A DNA stretch of 48,776 nucleotides from positions 1-48,776 of the forward strand of contig JAHBMJ010000382.1 in the NCBI GenBank assembly GCA_018398765.1, in the 5' to 3' direction. The notes under the pieces were generated by a model that saw only the letters and a program-made list of their open reading frames with translations, searched no databases and was not told where the DNA came from. Below, in pieces: positions 1 through 12,968 of this stretch; the first letter of the stretch is position 1; the number at the start of each line of letters is the position of its first letter. The translations under genes and the position numbers were made by a program. The stretch comes from Chromera velia. Its lineage: Eukaryota.

Positions 1-420
1 GAGGGAGGGAGGGAGAGAGGGAGGAAGAGAGGGAGGGAGGGAGAGAGGGAGGAAGAGAGGGAGGGAGGGAGAGAGGGAGGAAGAGAGGGAGGGAGGGAGA
101 GAGGGAGAAAGTGAGGGAGGGAGGGAGAGAGGGAGGAAGAGAGGGAGGGAGGGAGAGAGGGAGAAAGTGAGGGAGGGAGGGAGAGAGGGAGGAAGAGAGG
201 GAGGGAGGGAGAGAGGGAGAAAGTGAGGGAGGGAGGGAGAGAGGGAGGAAGAGAGGGAGGGAGGGAGAGAGGGAGAAAGTGAGGGAGGGAGGGAGAGAGG
301 GAGGAAGAGAGGGAGGGAGGGAGAGAGGGAGAAAGTGAGGGAGGGAGGGAGAGAGGGAGGAAGAGAGGGAGGGAGGGAGAGAGGGAGAAAGTGAGGGAGG
401 GAGGGAGAGAGGGAGGAAGA
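1..420. repeat. Polypurine minisatellite, 28-bp unit GAGGGAGGGAGGGAGAGAGGGAG(GAAGA/AAAGT), about 15 copies; probably intronic in MAEA
   Basis: Directly visible tandem array with two interspersed unit variants. Confidence 0.95.
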
Positions 421-874
421 GGGAAACGCGAAGATCACATGTTCTGTGAGTTGGAATGAACATACACAAAAGTCCAGCTGCAACAATGGAGAGAGAGAGA
501 GAGAGGCGAAGTGAATGAAGACGCGATCGGATTTGCGCGCTCTCTCCTTTGACCACTTGTTCTTTTTTTTCTCTTCGTCTCGAATCCAAAAAAGAAGGTT
601 CAGGAAGAACAAATCAGTCTTTGGCAAAAATCAATCAATATCGTTCTGTATCAATCTCACCTATTCCCAACATCTCTCTCTCTCGCTCTGTCTGTATCTT
701 ATGCTCCTCTTCCTCTGTGTGTGTGTGTGCGTCTGTCTGTCTGTGCGATGATCTGACGTCCCCCGCTTGCCTGGATTCGCTTTGCAGCCCCGCTTTCAAT
801 CCTGTTTCATGGCTCTTCTCTGACCCTTCTGCAAACAACCACCCCACCCCTCTATCCTACCAAGACCAACCGAC

Positions 875-3800
875 CGAACGCTTCTGGAGGTACGTTCTTC
901 CTCGAATACTCCAGAGCCTGCATAGATGGATGGGTGGATGCGGTGTCTGTCCATGCACGCGTCCATGCGTTCATTCGTTCTTTGTTTACACATGAAGGAC
1001 ACAGAAGTGCTGATTCTCCTTTACTCCAGTCCGCCAACCAGCCAGCCCACGTGGTTTCTTTCTTTCCCCCCCTCTTTCACTGATGCACCAGTATCCACTT
1101 CCGTTTCAGACAGACAGAAAATGAACTGGCAAACACTCAAATCACAGGCAGGCAAACAGGCAGAGCTTCAGACAGAAATGGACATTGACACGCATCTGCA
1201 GGCAGGCACGCGGACTGAAGGAAGCAAAGATGGAGCGAGCAAGGGAGAGACATCGGAAGAAAAGAAAACGGTCCCTCGGGAGGGAGGGAGCGAACAATTA
1301 AAACAAAACAAAACACAAACCGACCGACCGACCGCCAGAGGTCCTTTTTCGTGGAGAGTCCAGAGGAAGACTTCGAAGAGAAGACGGGCCTCCAGGAGGC
1401 ACGAGACCTTCTTCAGCCGCGCTCTGCGTTCATGCGTTCGTTCAGTCAGTCAGGCATCGCATCCAGGCAGGTAGGCAGATAGGCAGACAGAGAGACCAAC
1501 GAACGGAATCGACTGTTTTTCTTTGCACTCTTCACTTTAGAGCAGACAGACACGCGCGAGGAAAGAAGATAACCGCGCGTGCGTTCAGAGAACATGAAAG
1601 AGCGAACAAAAAATGATTGAAACAATCAAGGGCAGGAAGAAACGATACAAAAGGAAGAACAATTCAGCCGGAAGCAAGAAGACAGACAGAGGGCGCGGAA
1701 GAAGAAAGCGTGGGAGAGAAGGGAAACAGAAGTATCCAAATCTGACTGACAGACACACACGTACACACACACACTCACACTCACAGAGAGAAAGAGAGAG
1801 TCACAGTGACACACGATGTCACGCACTAAAACAGAAAGAAAGCATCAAAACGACCACCTACCTGTGGAGAGTGCAGAACTCGAAGGCACTCGCAGTCTCT
1901 CCTCTGGCCAGTGCAGACTTCACCTCTCGAATTCGATGCAGAAACTCGCGATCCACAAGGCCCTGCACGCACTCACTCACCCACTCGCTCTCCCACTCTC
2001 ATATCTATCTATCTACTCAATATATCACCCACTCGCTCCACCAGACATGCTTTCCTTCCACACACGCCCCCCACTCACGTATCGATACACATTCGTTCAT
2101 CCCGCACCAAAGAAGGAAAAAAGCAAACTTGCATTCGGACGGATGATGAGGGAGGATGCACGCAACGAGGGAGGCCTCCATCGGACCTATGGGATCAGGA
2201 CTTCAGAAACAAGCAGCACAGTCAGAATGTATATGTGCATTTGCATGCATGCAAGAGACCTGTCCGCAGTGCCCCGACATCCCACAACGCTTGCATTGAG
2301 CAGGGAGGGACTTCACAAGCGTGATCGATCTGCGACGAGTTTGCGAAAGCCTCACCGGTCCTGTTCATTCATTTCAAAACATCCTTCTTTCTCTGTTTGT
2401 TTAAGACACCACGGCGCTCTCTCTGGCAGTCTCGCACTTCAAAAGAGACCGATCGATCAGTACGGACAGATGCTCGACTGACTTCAATGTTCTGCAAAAA
2501 GAATTCTGTATGAAAGTAAATGCATGCAAAGAAAAGAAAAAAAAGACTGACTTCAATGTTCTGCGCCTTTGCGAAAGCCACGGCTGTCTTGTACATTCCC
2601 TTCCTTTCCATCCACTCACACACAGCGAGATCTGCATGCACACCCTCATTGCCCATCTCCGCTCGCTGAATGAGCGCCTTGATGATCCCGCAGAATTCCG
2701 CTCCGTGCGGGCCGCCTCCATACTGCTCTCTCCCTCTGCTGATGCCCATCCCTCTTCTGGCCAATTGCGCCTGGTGATCAGTTTTCCGTCCCTCAGCTTC
2801 CTTTCCCTGGCGGTCTTCATCCGGTTCTTCCGCTGCTGTTTTTGCGGTAGGCTCTTCGGCAACCGTCGGCAGTGTTTGGGTTACTTGGGCTCGCTTTTTT
2901 GCCCTCTCTCTCGCTCCTGCCCTCTCTGCGTCCTTCAAACCAGCATCTTCAAGGAGAGAGAGAGAGTCACCTAAACGTCCTAGAGGCAACTGAAGCCGTT
3001 GTAGGCTGTTGGCCACCCTCTCTCCAACAGAGTCTTCGAGGTCGTCAAGGGGAGAAGAAGGAGAGGATGCAAGGTTTTTCTTCTCCCTCTCCGTCTCCTT
3101 CTCATCAGGGGAGGCTGGTGTCATCTTCACGTCCTCTCCCTCACACTCTTCCTCCACCTTCACAACCACTCCTCCAGACGCAGCAGCCGCAGCAGCAGAA
3201 GAAGAAGCGGAGGAAACTGAGGACGAGGACGGGACTCCCCCCTCCGGTTCCTTCTCTCCCCCCTTTTCTGCGTCATTCTGCACTCCCACCATCATATCCT
3301 CTCCTGCACAATTTGAATGAAGAACCGAGCGTCTCTCTCTATATGTACTTGCAGGCATCAATGAATCAAGCACACGCATGCATGGAAACACCCAGCTGTA
3401 GATGTGAACATCATATGCACTTTCTTTCATACGCCCTTTGGGTCAAGATGCCCCCCCCCCCGTTGTTTTAATGGCTTTTATCCACAAGTTTTTCTTTTTG
3501 CCCTCTGCTTGGCTGCAATAAGGAGAGGATGAAACGCACACGAAAGCTGAAAAGAAAAACAAGGAAAGAGGAGCAAACGAAACAGAAATATTCATAATTT
3601 TCTACCTGTGAGCAACCCTCCGTTTCCATCCGGCACTCCGCAGGATCAGCCCACCAAGGAACTCGTCACACTGCGTCTCTTCACGTGGCTCACATGCAGA
3701 CTCTCAGATCCACAATACGATAAAATACATACATTAGTCAGACGACTGCCACGAGCAGACTCACTCACTTCGAGGCATGCCCTGCCGAGTGCCCGTTCTC

Positions 3801-4466
3801 TTCAGGACCTTTCTTCTGAAGGCAAGGGTACCCAGGCTCTGAATGCTCCTCTCGTCCGCCTGCAACACCTGCAACGCCACACACAAACGCCCATGCACGG
3901 TTTTACACTCTCTCTTACTCTCACACACACACGACAGAGAGAGAGGGTCTTTCAGACCATCATCGGTGAGTGGGTTGAACGACCCTTTTCGGACGAATGT
4001 CTCTCCGGACGCATGTACATATTCATCATACACAGATTCATCCGTGCACGTAGCAATAAATACTTGGATCGACTCAAACTGACTGACTGTTTGCTTGAGT
4101 TTCTCGAGTCTCGCCGACAGTTTTTCCATTGTCCGAATAGTGTCCTTCAGAGAAAGCCCCATAGTCGGCAGCTTGACTGCCATGAAGTTGGTCAGCTGGG
4201 CGATTTCCTTCTCGACAGCTTTCTGGTCACTCCTGCAGGCAAAAAGGCAAGCAGGCAGGAAGGGAAGGAGTGAATGAGTGAGTGAGTGCGGGTATCTCTT
4301 GAGAAGACTGTTCAGGACATTGGTTCTGTCTGTGTCTCTCTTCTTCTCTCTTGCAGTGAGACAGCTGATTGTGTAAAGGGGGGAGAAAGGGAGAGAGAGG
4401 AAGGGAGGGAGAGAGAGAGAGTGAGAGAGAGAGAAAGACAGACAGACAGACAGACAGACAGACACA

Positions 4467-4515
<49 letters not shown>

Positions 4516-4739
4516 CGCGCGCGAGAGAGAAAGGGAGAGTGACGAGAGGGACGGAGGGAGAGAGGGAGAGAGAGGGCGTCCTGTGAAAGAGATGAAAAAG
4601 AAGAAACAGTCATCCCGATGAGGCGACCGTGTTATCCAATTTACCTGAAGTTCGAGAGGAGAAGTTCATACGGAGGTTTGAGAAGGGTCCTCTCATAGGA
4701 CGGAATGGAAAAGGGCTCGTTCTTGCCCATCGAGGACAT
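875..4739 (-). CDS. MAEA: GID/CTLH E3 ligase subunit MAEA/GID9/FYV10 (3' part runs off the window start)
   Basis: Phase-consistent GT-AG exons 4739-4645, 4232-4088, 3868-3769, 3303-2552, 1962-1862, 1423-1333, 917-875. They give MSSMGK..ERTLLKPPYELLLSNFRSDQKAVEKE (cf. MAEA TLKVPYETLNKRFRAAQK), LisH DLAVCEWMERKGMYKTAVAFAKAQNIEGLVD and CTLH ETASAFEFCTLHRARLKKVSCLLEARL. Confidence 0.88.
2476..2564 (-). mobile_element. 49-bp insert (2496-2544) flanked by a 20-bp direct repeat of exon end plus splice donor
   Basis: GACTGACTTCAATGTTCTGC occurs at 2476-2495 and 2545-2564; the insert shares a 21-bp core with the insert at 27865-27925. Mobility is inferred. Confidence 0.55.
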
Positions 4740-5694
4740 CTTCACAACTTCAAGTCTCTTCTGCTGCTCTTGTCTTCTGTTTCCGCGTATCGGCTTTCTT
4801 TTGTGGTTCGTGTCCAAAAGTTCTCCAAAAAGACGGCAGGTGGAGATCCAGTTCAGTCTAGAGACGAGGTTCCTGCTGGTATATGTAGGCTCGTGAATTC
4901 AGTGAAGAGACGCCAGTCTCCCTTTTCTAGGCGCCTGGAAGAGCGACTGAATTGATGCATGCAAGTGTCGATCGCCTGAAACACAATCGAGCGGAAGACT
5001 TAGCGTTGAACTGGCCTCCTTAACGAAGAAGTCTTTGGGCTTCTCTCATGAAAACCACAAGAAGAGACGGATACTGATGAACGAGGATTCTCCTTTGAGT
5101 GCTCAACGGCACACTGCGAATACACCTACCTGCTTCGCATCTACTGTCGCAAAGCAATCACGATGCCGTACGGGAAGAGCTCACCTTAGCTCAACACATC
5201 GGTCCGTTCCTCAAATGCAGCACGCACAAAGCCTTCGATTTCGATCAGGATCGAGATTCGAGATATATATCATGCAGGAGTTGGTGAATGTTGGTGATGG
5301 AGCCTCAGTCTGGTATCAGTCTGGTTCACGCGATTGTGAGGCGAACAATATAATTGACGCAATCCCTCGCGGCGCCTATTAATATAGTCGGCGGTGCAGA
5401 TCCGATTATTCACGCTCAGAATCGATTTCACAGAATTCGAGTTTGAGGGGTTTCAATGCTTTGTCACGCATAACCTTTCAAAGCTTTCCTGTTGAAAGCT
5501 TGGCCAGATTGAGACAATACTGTTCTGCTCTAATTCTCCTAGTCTTTTTGCGTCACCTGACTGTGTTATCTACAGTTCTCATTGTTCTTTCACAGACAGG
5601 AACACAGACGCAAAACGCCCCAGGGCAACACATCAGCGACCCGAATTGAGCGTTGCACAGATCGAATAGAGAGTAAGTACTCAAAGGAAAAGCT

Positions 5695-8600
5695 ATGCCC
5701 CCCACCAACCGCCCTCCTCCCAGACGGAGCTCCATTCCCACGAAGGAAGATGTCCAGGTAAGGAAAGGGAGGGAATCTTCTTCGCTTCGACTTGAAGAGG
5801 AATTCTAGCTCTGTCGTGTATCCACAGAAAGGATATATATTCATCTATACCTTGATTGTCTTGTCTGCTTCCATGCAGGTGAGGAAGCTCGACCAGTATG
5901 AGCTTTTCTTCGACTGTGCCCAGGAGGCGGGGAACCTTCTGATCCTCAACCCAGTCACTCTTCGAGTCAACCAGCCCCTCGACGTTGCAGACCTCCAAAC
6001 CGCCTCTCTTGCAATGGCCAAGCGACACCAGGCTCTCCGCGTGAGGATCCTGAACATTCAAGAGAAGGAGGGGGGACGCTACAAAAGGTATTTCTACGAG
6101 ACACAGGAGGAGGACATCCGTGTCGATGTGAGAGAGTCAGTGCACCACCAGTGGGATCCGGCAGCCTCGGAGGAGCAGCTGGAGGGGTTTGACGTTGCCA
6201 GAGGTCCCCTCTTCCGTCTGGTTCTTTGCCAGCCTTCCTTCACGGGGGCCGACGAGAAGCTCCCTTTCCGTCAATCCATCTTGGGCCTCTTTCATCACTC
6301 CATCATGGATGGCATCTCGATGCAGGTCTGTCTTGTCTGTCTGTCACATAAGACGATATAGTCTGTCACATATAGTCTGTCTCTCTGTCTGGTGGTCCGT
6401 CTTCCTACGGCCTTTCTTTCAGTTTTTACTTCATGACTCCCTCATGAATAGCATACCTGAAGAAACACGCTTTGGACGGATGGGGTTTCCTGTGTTTCGT
6501 TCCGCTGGTATGTTTTCTCAGAGGGGCAAACTTCCACGAATCAACTCATGAGCAATGCATTCCAGTTTTGGGAGGGTCGAGGCGCCTCGCGCAAGCAAGA
6601 CACTCAGATTTCCTCTCTCTCTTGTTCTGCCTTGTTCAATTGATTGGCTGCCTTCAATCCTTCTGTCAGTTTGTCTGTCTGTCTGAGCGAAGAAACCATA
6701 AAGTCTGTCTGTCTGTCTGGTGTGATGATATCTACGCACGCAGGAATTCTGGAGTGAGTTCATTCCGCTGATGCAAAAGAGTTCCGTGCTCCGGTCATCG
6801 AGAACCTCTGCTCCTGCGGGAAAGCAGAAGGAGAAGGACGGAGACGCTTCATCCTCAGTCGCTTCTGCTCTCGCCACCTCTCCCCAAATTAGCCTTCCTG
6901 CCCCTCCCCCCTCCCCCCAAGCTCACCCTTCCAGCAGCGTCTTCTCCCCCACAGTGGGAGTCTCTGCCGGTCAAGGCACTCACCTTCAAGTCCCTCCCTT
7001 CTCCCCCTCGGTGAACACCTCGATCGTGGACCTGCTCTCAGAGACAGGGACGCACAAGGGAGGGCGCCCACGCACAGAGAAGGAGGTTGTGGCTCTGCTG
7101 GCTGACGGCCGTCCCTCCACACGTCTCCCTGCACCCATGATTTCATACATTCCAGACTCCCTCACTCTGCGCGCAATTCGACCTCTGACGCACTTGACAT
7201 CCACCGCCGGCGGGTTGTACTCGATTGTGCGGAATTACGTGTTCCCGAACCCCTTTTCCAAGCACTTCCCAGACGACACCAGCGGAGAGGCCCTCCCTTC
7301 GTCGTCCTCCGAGGGTTCCCAGCCTGGGGGGTCGATTGCGGGAGACAGGGGGGAGACGGCCTCCCTTCCTGATGGGGTCTCGAGGGAGAGTGTGATGAGC
7401 TCTGTGGAGGACGGAGAGACTTCCATCGTTCCCATGCACTTCGACAAGAACCTCACTTTGGCTCTGGTGAAGGCGTGCAAGGCAAAGGGAGTGAGTGTGA
7501 ATGCCGGAATCACCGCGATTGCTGGGGTAGCGATGAGGCAGGTAATTCTTGAAGAGAGAGCCAAGGGAAGAGGAGGGTGCTTCTCAGGATCCTACACTGA
7601 GGTCAGCCTCTCTCTCTCTCTCTCTCTCTGCGCATGCGTGCGCGCGCGCGCGCGCGTATGTGTGTGTGTGTGTGTGTGTCTCTTCTTCTCTCCACCTTTC
7701 TTCAAAGACGTTGCCGCCCGTGGGTCACATCAGCAGGTCTCAGGAGATTCTCCCTGCAGCCTTCCCGGTTCTTGTTTCTCTTTTTTCTTTTTTTCTTCTC
7801 CGGTGACCGCATGAGTATTACACTCTAGATACATGAATAAATCCATTCTCTTCTGCAGAACGACAGCGCTGCTGGTGGCAAAGGGAAGTCGTTTGGGTTC
7901 TACTCTTTCCAGTGCGTGTCTTCGCGACGTTGGGCGCCCTTTCTCGATGGCAGAGGGGCCCAGACGCAGGCCCAGGCAGGGGAGGGCACACGGATGAAGA
8001 CTCTGGAAGAACTGACTGGAGATACCTGGGAGAGCCTTGCTGGGGTTCCCTCAGAGAGGGTGACCTCCGAGGCGGTCAGTAAGAGAGAGAGGGGGGAGGG
8101 GGGAGTGAGTCAGGCTGCTTCTGTATCCTTCTGCTGGTACCTTTTCTTCTCTTGGGCTTTTGTTTCTCTTTTTGCGGTTCTCTCCTCTCTCTCGACCTGG
8201 GCTTGCTTGCTTGCTTGCGTTTGGTCTCGAGGGACTCCGACCGAGGGACTGAAGGAGTGAGTAGCGTGTTTTCTTTCCGTTTTGTTTTTCTTCTCGACTG
8301 AGTGACTGGCCGAAGGAAAAAACGAGTGTCTGTGTGCTTGCCCTCTCTCTCGTTCTTTGCTGTCTGCAGGAGATGAAGGCATCCCCTGCATTGAAGTCTG
8401 AGCCGGAGTCCCTTTCCACGGCTGCTTGCTCAAACGAGACTGTCCCCCACCAGGCCGCCAGAGGTGGAGCAGGCATGGCAGACAGCAGCAGCGCCTCTGC
8501 TTCTACATCGACTGCCCTGGTCAAGTACGACCACACGAAGGACACCAGACCTGCAGGCTTGGGGTGCTACGTCGTCCTGTCTCCCTTCCCCGTGGTGGTT

Positions 8601-10201
8601 TCTGGAAGTGGTTCGTCTCTTGTTTTCGCTTTCTCGACTGTTCCCTGTGCTTCTGTACAACTCGCTAGATGGATGGCTGCCTTTGGGTAGTGTGACCTTA
8701 CGTGATCCTGCCACGAGAAGATTCCAGTGCTTACACGTTTGCTGTTGGTTTTTCCTTCTTTACTCTCTTTGCTTTCACACAAAGCTCGATGAGACGTCCG
8801 CCAGAATCGGTGGTGTGTGTCAACTCATTGACCATGCATCAAGACGCACATGCTTACTCATTTCCTTAATTCTGACGAAAGACCGTGTTTTCTTTCCTTC
8901 TTTCTTCAGGCGAGTCGGAGGTGGATCGTGTGTGGACCTCCGCCGGCAAGGTGAAGAAGGACACTGCTGTGCTTGCCAAGAAAGACCCCATTCCGGGCAC
9001 CTGGCAGTGGCAGGCGGTGTCCACCTATTTGAGCCGGGTCTTTCAGTACCACGGCCTCGAGGGGTTTGCTCGCGTGGCCTCTGTTCGTCCTCGGATGTCC
9101 TGCTTCATGGTCTCCAACACCCTGCAGGTACGTCTGTCTGTCCCAACGCACAGTGAAATGCAATGCTTCACAGACAGAGAAAAATAGAGACAGGAGAATA
9201 GAGACACACAGAGAAGAATTACAGAGAGACGGCCAAAGAAACGGCAGGGAGGGAGACTGATGGACACACAGGCACGCAGAGCGACCCAGTGATGGAATCG
9301 GTACCCTGCATGCCCGTGTTGCTGTTGGTTTCAGACAAACACAAGAAAGTGCAGGTTTTCGCACCGCGTCCTCTGCACCCATCTTCGCAATCACACAGAC
9401 AGGCGGGAATACACGTACACATGCAGTTGCCCGTACAAGCATGCATTTGCGAATCCTTCCTCACCTCACCCTGCCAGTCACGCTCCGCATGGATGTGTGT
9501 ATGTATGTATGTATGTATGTGTGTATGTATGTTTGTATGTGTATGTGTATGTATGCAGTGGAACCCCAACCGCGCGTTTGCTGACGAGATGAGCACTTTC
9601 CTTTCCACCAAGGAAACAACAGGGGTCCCTGAGGAACTCCAGTGTGAGGTTGGTCGGTCTGTGTGTGGGTCTGTGGGTGCGTAGGCCGGTCTCGTCCGTC
9701 CCTCACATAATTGTTTTTTGTTTGATTCCGTGTTTAATTGTCTGCGGATCCGTTGATCGAGCCTCTGGTGCATCATCGTCAATAAGTGTGTACAGTGGTT
9801 GGCATTGCACGAAACCAAATCATTTTCTCCAGTGTGCCAGTTGCATATCTTTCTGTGAAGCCACGAAACACTAATTCAAGTATATTGTTGTTTTCGCCGT
9901 CTGTCTCACTTTTTGTCATTTTTTGTGTGTAACTCTCATGCAGGTGGAGAGTACTTTCTTCGGCACAACAAACCACCGGGTCGGCAATTCACTCTTCGTG
10001 CACAACTTGATGACCGTGGAGGGCTCTCTGTGTTGGGGTCTGGAGTATCACACCAACACAACCAGCCACGCGATCGCCCGGAGATACGCAAAGAGAATCG
10101 AAAAGACCCTCCGAGCCGTTGCCAGGGGTGACGACCGACTGGCCGAGAAGACCCCGGCTCGGCGAACATCCGACCCCACTCCCAGACGGGCATCGCGCTG
10201 A
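5695..10201 (+). CDS. Stand-alone condensation-domain / CoA-dependent acyltransferase (alcohol acetyltransferase or PapA5-like fold)
   Basis: Phase-consistent exons 5695-5757, 5879-6325, 6744-7601, 7859-8074, 8370-8610, 8910-9127, 9559-9648, 9944-10201. Motifs RKLDQYE, RHQALRVRI, FDVARGPLFRLVL, catalytic HHSIMDG, LVKACKAKGVSVNA and C-terminal TVEGSLCWGLEY. Confidence 0.85.
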
Positions 10202-11639
10202 GGGAGCGGAAAGGAATGGAGTGAGGTCACGGAGGCTGCGTGAGAGGGTGAGATCACGGTGCAAAGTGAGAAGCAAAACGCCTCGTCGTTTTAGAAGAGA
10301 TACTTAAGAAACAAGGAAGTCTGGGTTTCCTCTTAAATGATTCACAGAACGACTGAAAGTTCCCTCAAAGGAACTGATGCGGTTTTGTCGTTTTAGTAGG
10401 TTCATGAATGTTTGCATGTACATGCATGTTGCGTGTGGTGTGTCTGTGGAAAGAGAGTTCATGATAAGTGAGTGAGTGCTCCGCGACAAAGACAGAAGAA
10501 AAGGTTCCGGAAGGCCATGCTGTCTGTCTGTCTGTCTGTCTCTAGATGCGTGCATGGTGACGTTTTTTTGTGAAACAATGAAAGAAAAAGTCACTGGCTT
10601 CTTCTGCGTATGAATGCGTTCTTGTGTGAGAAATCCTCTGACTGAAGGGTTGATGGAAAGACTCCGCGGGGAATCGTTGCGTTACATTCGTTGTATTGCG
10701 TGCAGTGCAGGGGAGTAGTTGATGCATGCATGCAGGATCGTCGTGTCACTCTTCTCTGAAACATGCATGTAGAGACTGGAAAGGAAAGGGAGGAAGGAAG
10801 CGGAGGAGGTAGAATAAATGATTTGAGTCCGTTTGATGAGATGAGGGGTCATCACTGCTTTTCCCTTTTGTAACCCTTTTCTCGCTTAGACACGACTTTT
10901 CCCCTCAATCCTTCCCCTGGCTCTCTGTGAGCGCCTGCCTGTCTTTCAATCAAGGAAGGGGAGAAGGAAGAGGGATGGATGAAGTCGTGTGTGGGGGGGG
11001 AAGGGGAAGAAACGGACGGCAGTGAGAGAGGTATCAACCTCTAACGTCCCCTGCTTTTTTGCTTGTCTTGTCGTGTCTAGCTCCTCCAGTTCCTTCAAGC
11101 ACATTTCTTTGTCTTGTCTCGGTTCTACATTCCTCTTTCTCTTCGTGCCCTTCTTTCTTCTTGTTTCGTGTGGCGCTTTGTGAAATCGCAATGAATTTAA
11201 GTGAGTGCATTTGTGGAAAAAGAACACTTCAGAGAACTCAGGCAAAAAGAAAATGAAAGGGTTGCACGTCTGACTGCATCTCAAGTGATGTCGTTTCACA
11301 TTGCTTTCTATCGTTCCTGTGTTTTTTCCTGCCGTCCTTCATTCTCTCTGTGACGGCTGACTTGTATCAGTACGCTTTCCGCTACGCCCCCCCCGTCTTC
11401 CACGCCCATGCCAGCTCATGACTGGGCACTTGCATGCCTGAAATGACTGAATGTCCGGGTGTGGTTTTAAGAGATCGGGAGTCCCGTGCCCAGGGATTTC
11501 AAAGTGTTCTGTGCACTCTCTACGTCCAGTAGCGTCTCACTGTCCCATTGACGGTCTTAAGCTAGGGGCGTTTCATATTCCTCTATTCGGCCGCCATAGC
11601 GGTTTTTGTAATTGCAAAGAATCAATGCACGAAGAAGTT

Positions 11640-12720
11640 TAAAGTTTTTTTGTTCCTAGTTTTGTTCTGATGCATGCCAGTGTATTACCCGACTTGAATT
11701 AATAGATCAATGATCACATACATTTATTATTACTAAATTTACTGTAGAAGAAATTCAACCGATACATTGAATTCGGGTTAGTTAGTAGGCTACTAGCTAG
11801 CTGTTGTGTGCCGCTGTGATGTCGTAGGGCGCCATAGGGTGCGTTCCACATCATCCCACACAGTGGTTCCGCTATGTCCCAGCCAGGCACCTCGCTTACG
11901 CATATACAGGCGCGGGAGCCACCGCTGGATCAACCGGATTCAACCCTGAACGGCAAAATAATTGTTTCTGCTTACTCTTTACTCAGATCGATCCACACTG
12001 ATTGAAACCTCCTCTCTCTTCTAGCCCTATCTGACAGTCTTTAGATTTAATACGGCCGATGTATCTCCATTAATGATGTGAACTAGGAGTCTAGGATGTG
12101 AACTTATATACAGGCTGCTAGCCATGAATACAACACTAGCATGGTTTGTAATAAAAATTACGGTGAAACATTGATTGACTGATTGGTGAAACTGTACTGA
12201 AACAAATTAAATCTCTATGCTATGTAATCATAATTTTATTAACTTAGAATTTAACTACTAGTCTCTTAGAGTGTCTCTAAATTAGTCTGTAGAGTACTCT
12301 ACTAGTATACTGACTTTACGCTAGAGTTAGCTAGAGGCGCGGCTAGATTTTATATATAATCTAACTATAGAATCGGTATACAACTAGTTGCTAAGCTAAT
12401 CCCACATCTATCCACTGGTAGGACTAGTAGCCTATGGCTAGTAATAAGATTATCTTAGATTGTGTTCAAGGTACTTCTACATGCTGAGGCTGTCCTACTA
12501 GTAGAGGCTGTCATGCTCTTTAACTTTATACAGTCTAAGATGCTTTGATCGAGACTCTACTACATGCGTATAGTCGCTATAGTAGCCACTCGACACTCTG
12601 GTGAGTCTGGTCAAAGCTACTCTGAGTCGTCTTTTTTCTAGTCTTTTTTAGAGTCTTTTTTACACCGCTATACATACAGACGCTGCACTACTTTTAGATT
12701 TAGTCCAAGAAAGGACAGTG
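11640..12720. other. AT/TpA-rich intergenic island, probable decayed repeat DNA
   Basis: Abrupt compositional switch; dense CTAG/TAG/TATA, stops in all frames, none of the usual microsatellites. Boundaries approximate. Confidence 0.6.
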
Positions 12721-12968
12721 TTCACCATATTTTTTGTTATTTATGGCCTCAACGCGAATTGGAGAATTGCTTGGAGTTGCCAGTAGACAAACGAGACAAA
12801 CGATCGGTGGCTCAAAATCTGTCTGTATGCGCGAGAATGCGGTGCTGGTAAGAGAAAGGAGCAAGACCCCCCCTCGGACGCAGGCGAAAAGAAAGCACAG
12901 TGGGCTGCATGGACTATGAGGAAAATGGCAGCATGCATGCAATTATTCTTGACCGTGTGACTGATTTC

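Noticed and set aside
3606..3670. Extra MAEA exon bounded by CAG/GTAG on the minus strand
   Set aside because: The required phase contains a stop, and the flanking exons join in frame without it
11810..11950. Structured ncRNA or SINE within the AT island
   Set aside because: Only one imperfect stem (GTGGTTCCGC/GCGGGAGCCAC); no tRNA boxes or recognisable RNA family
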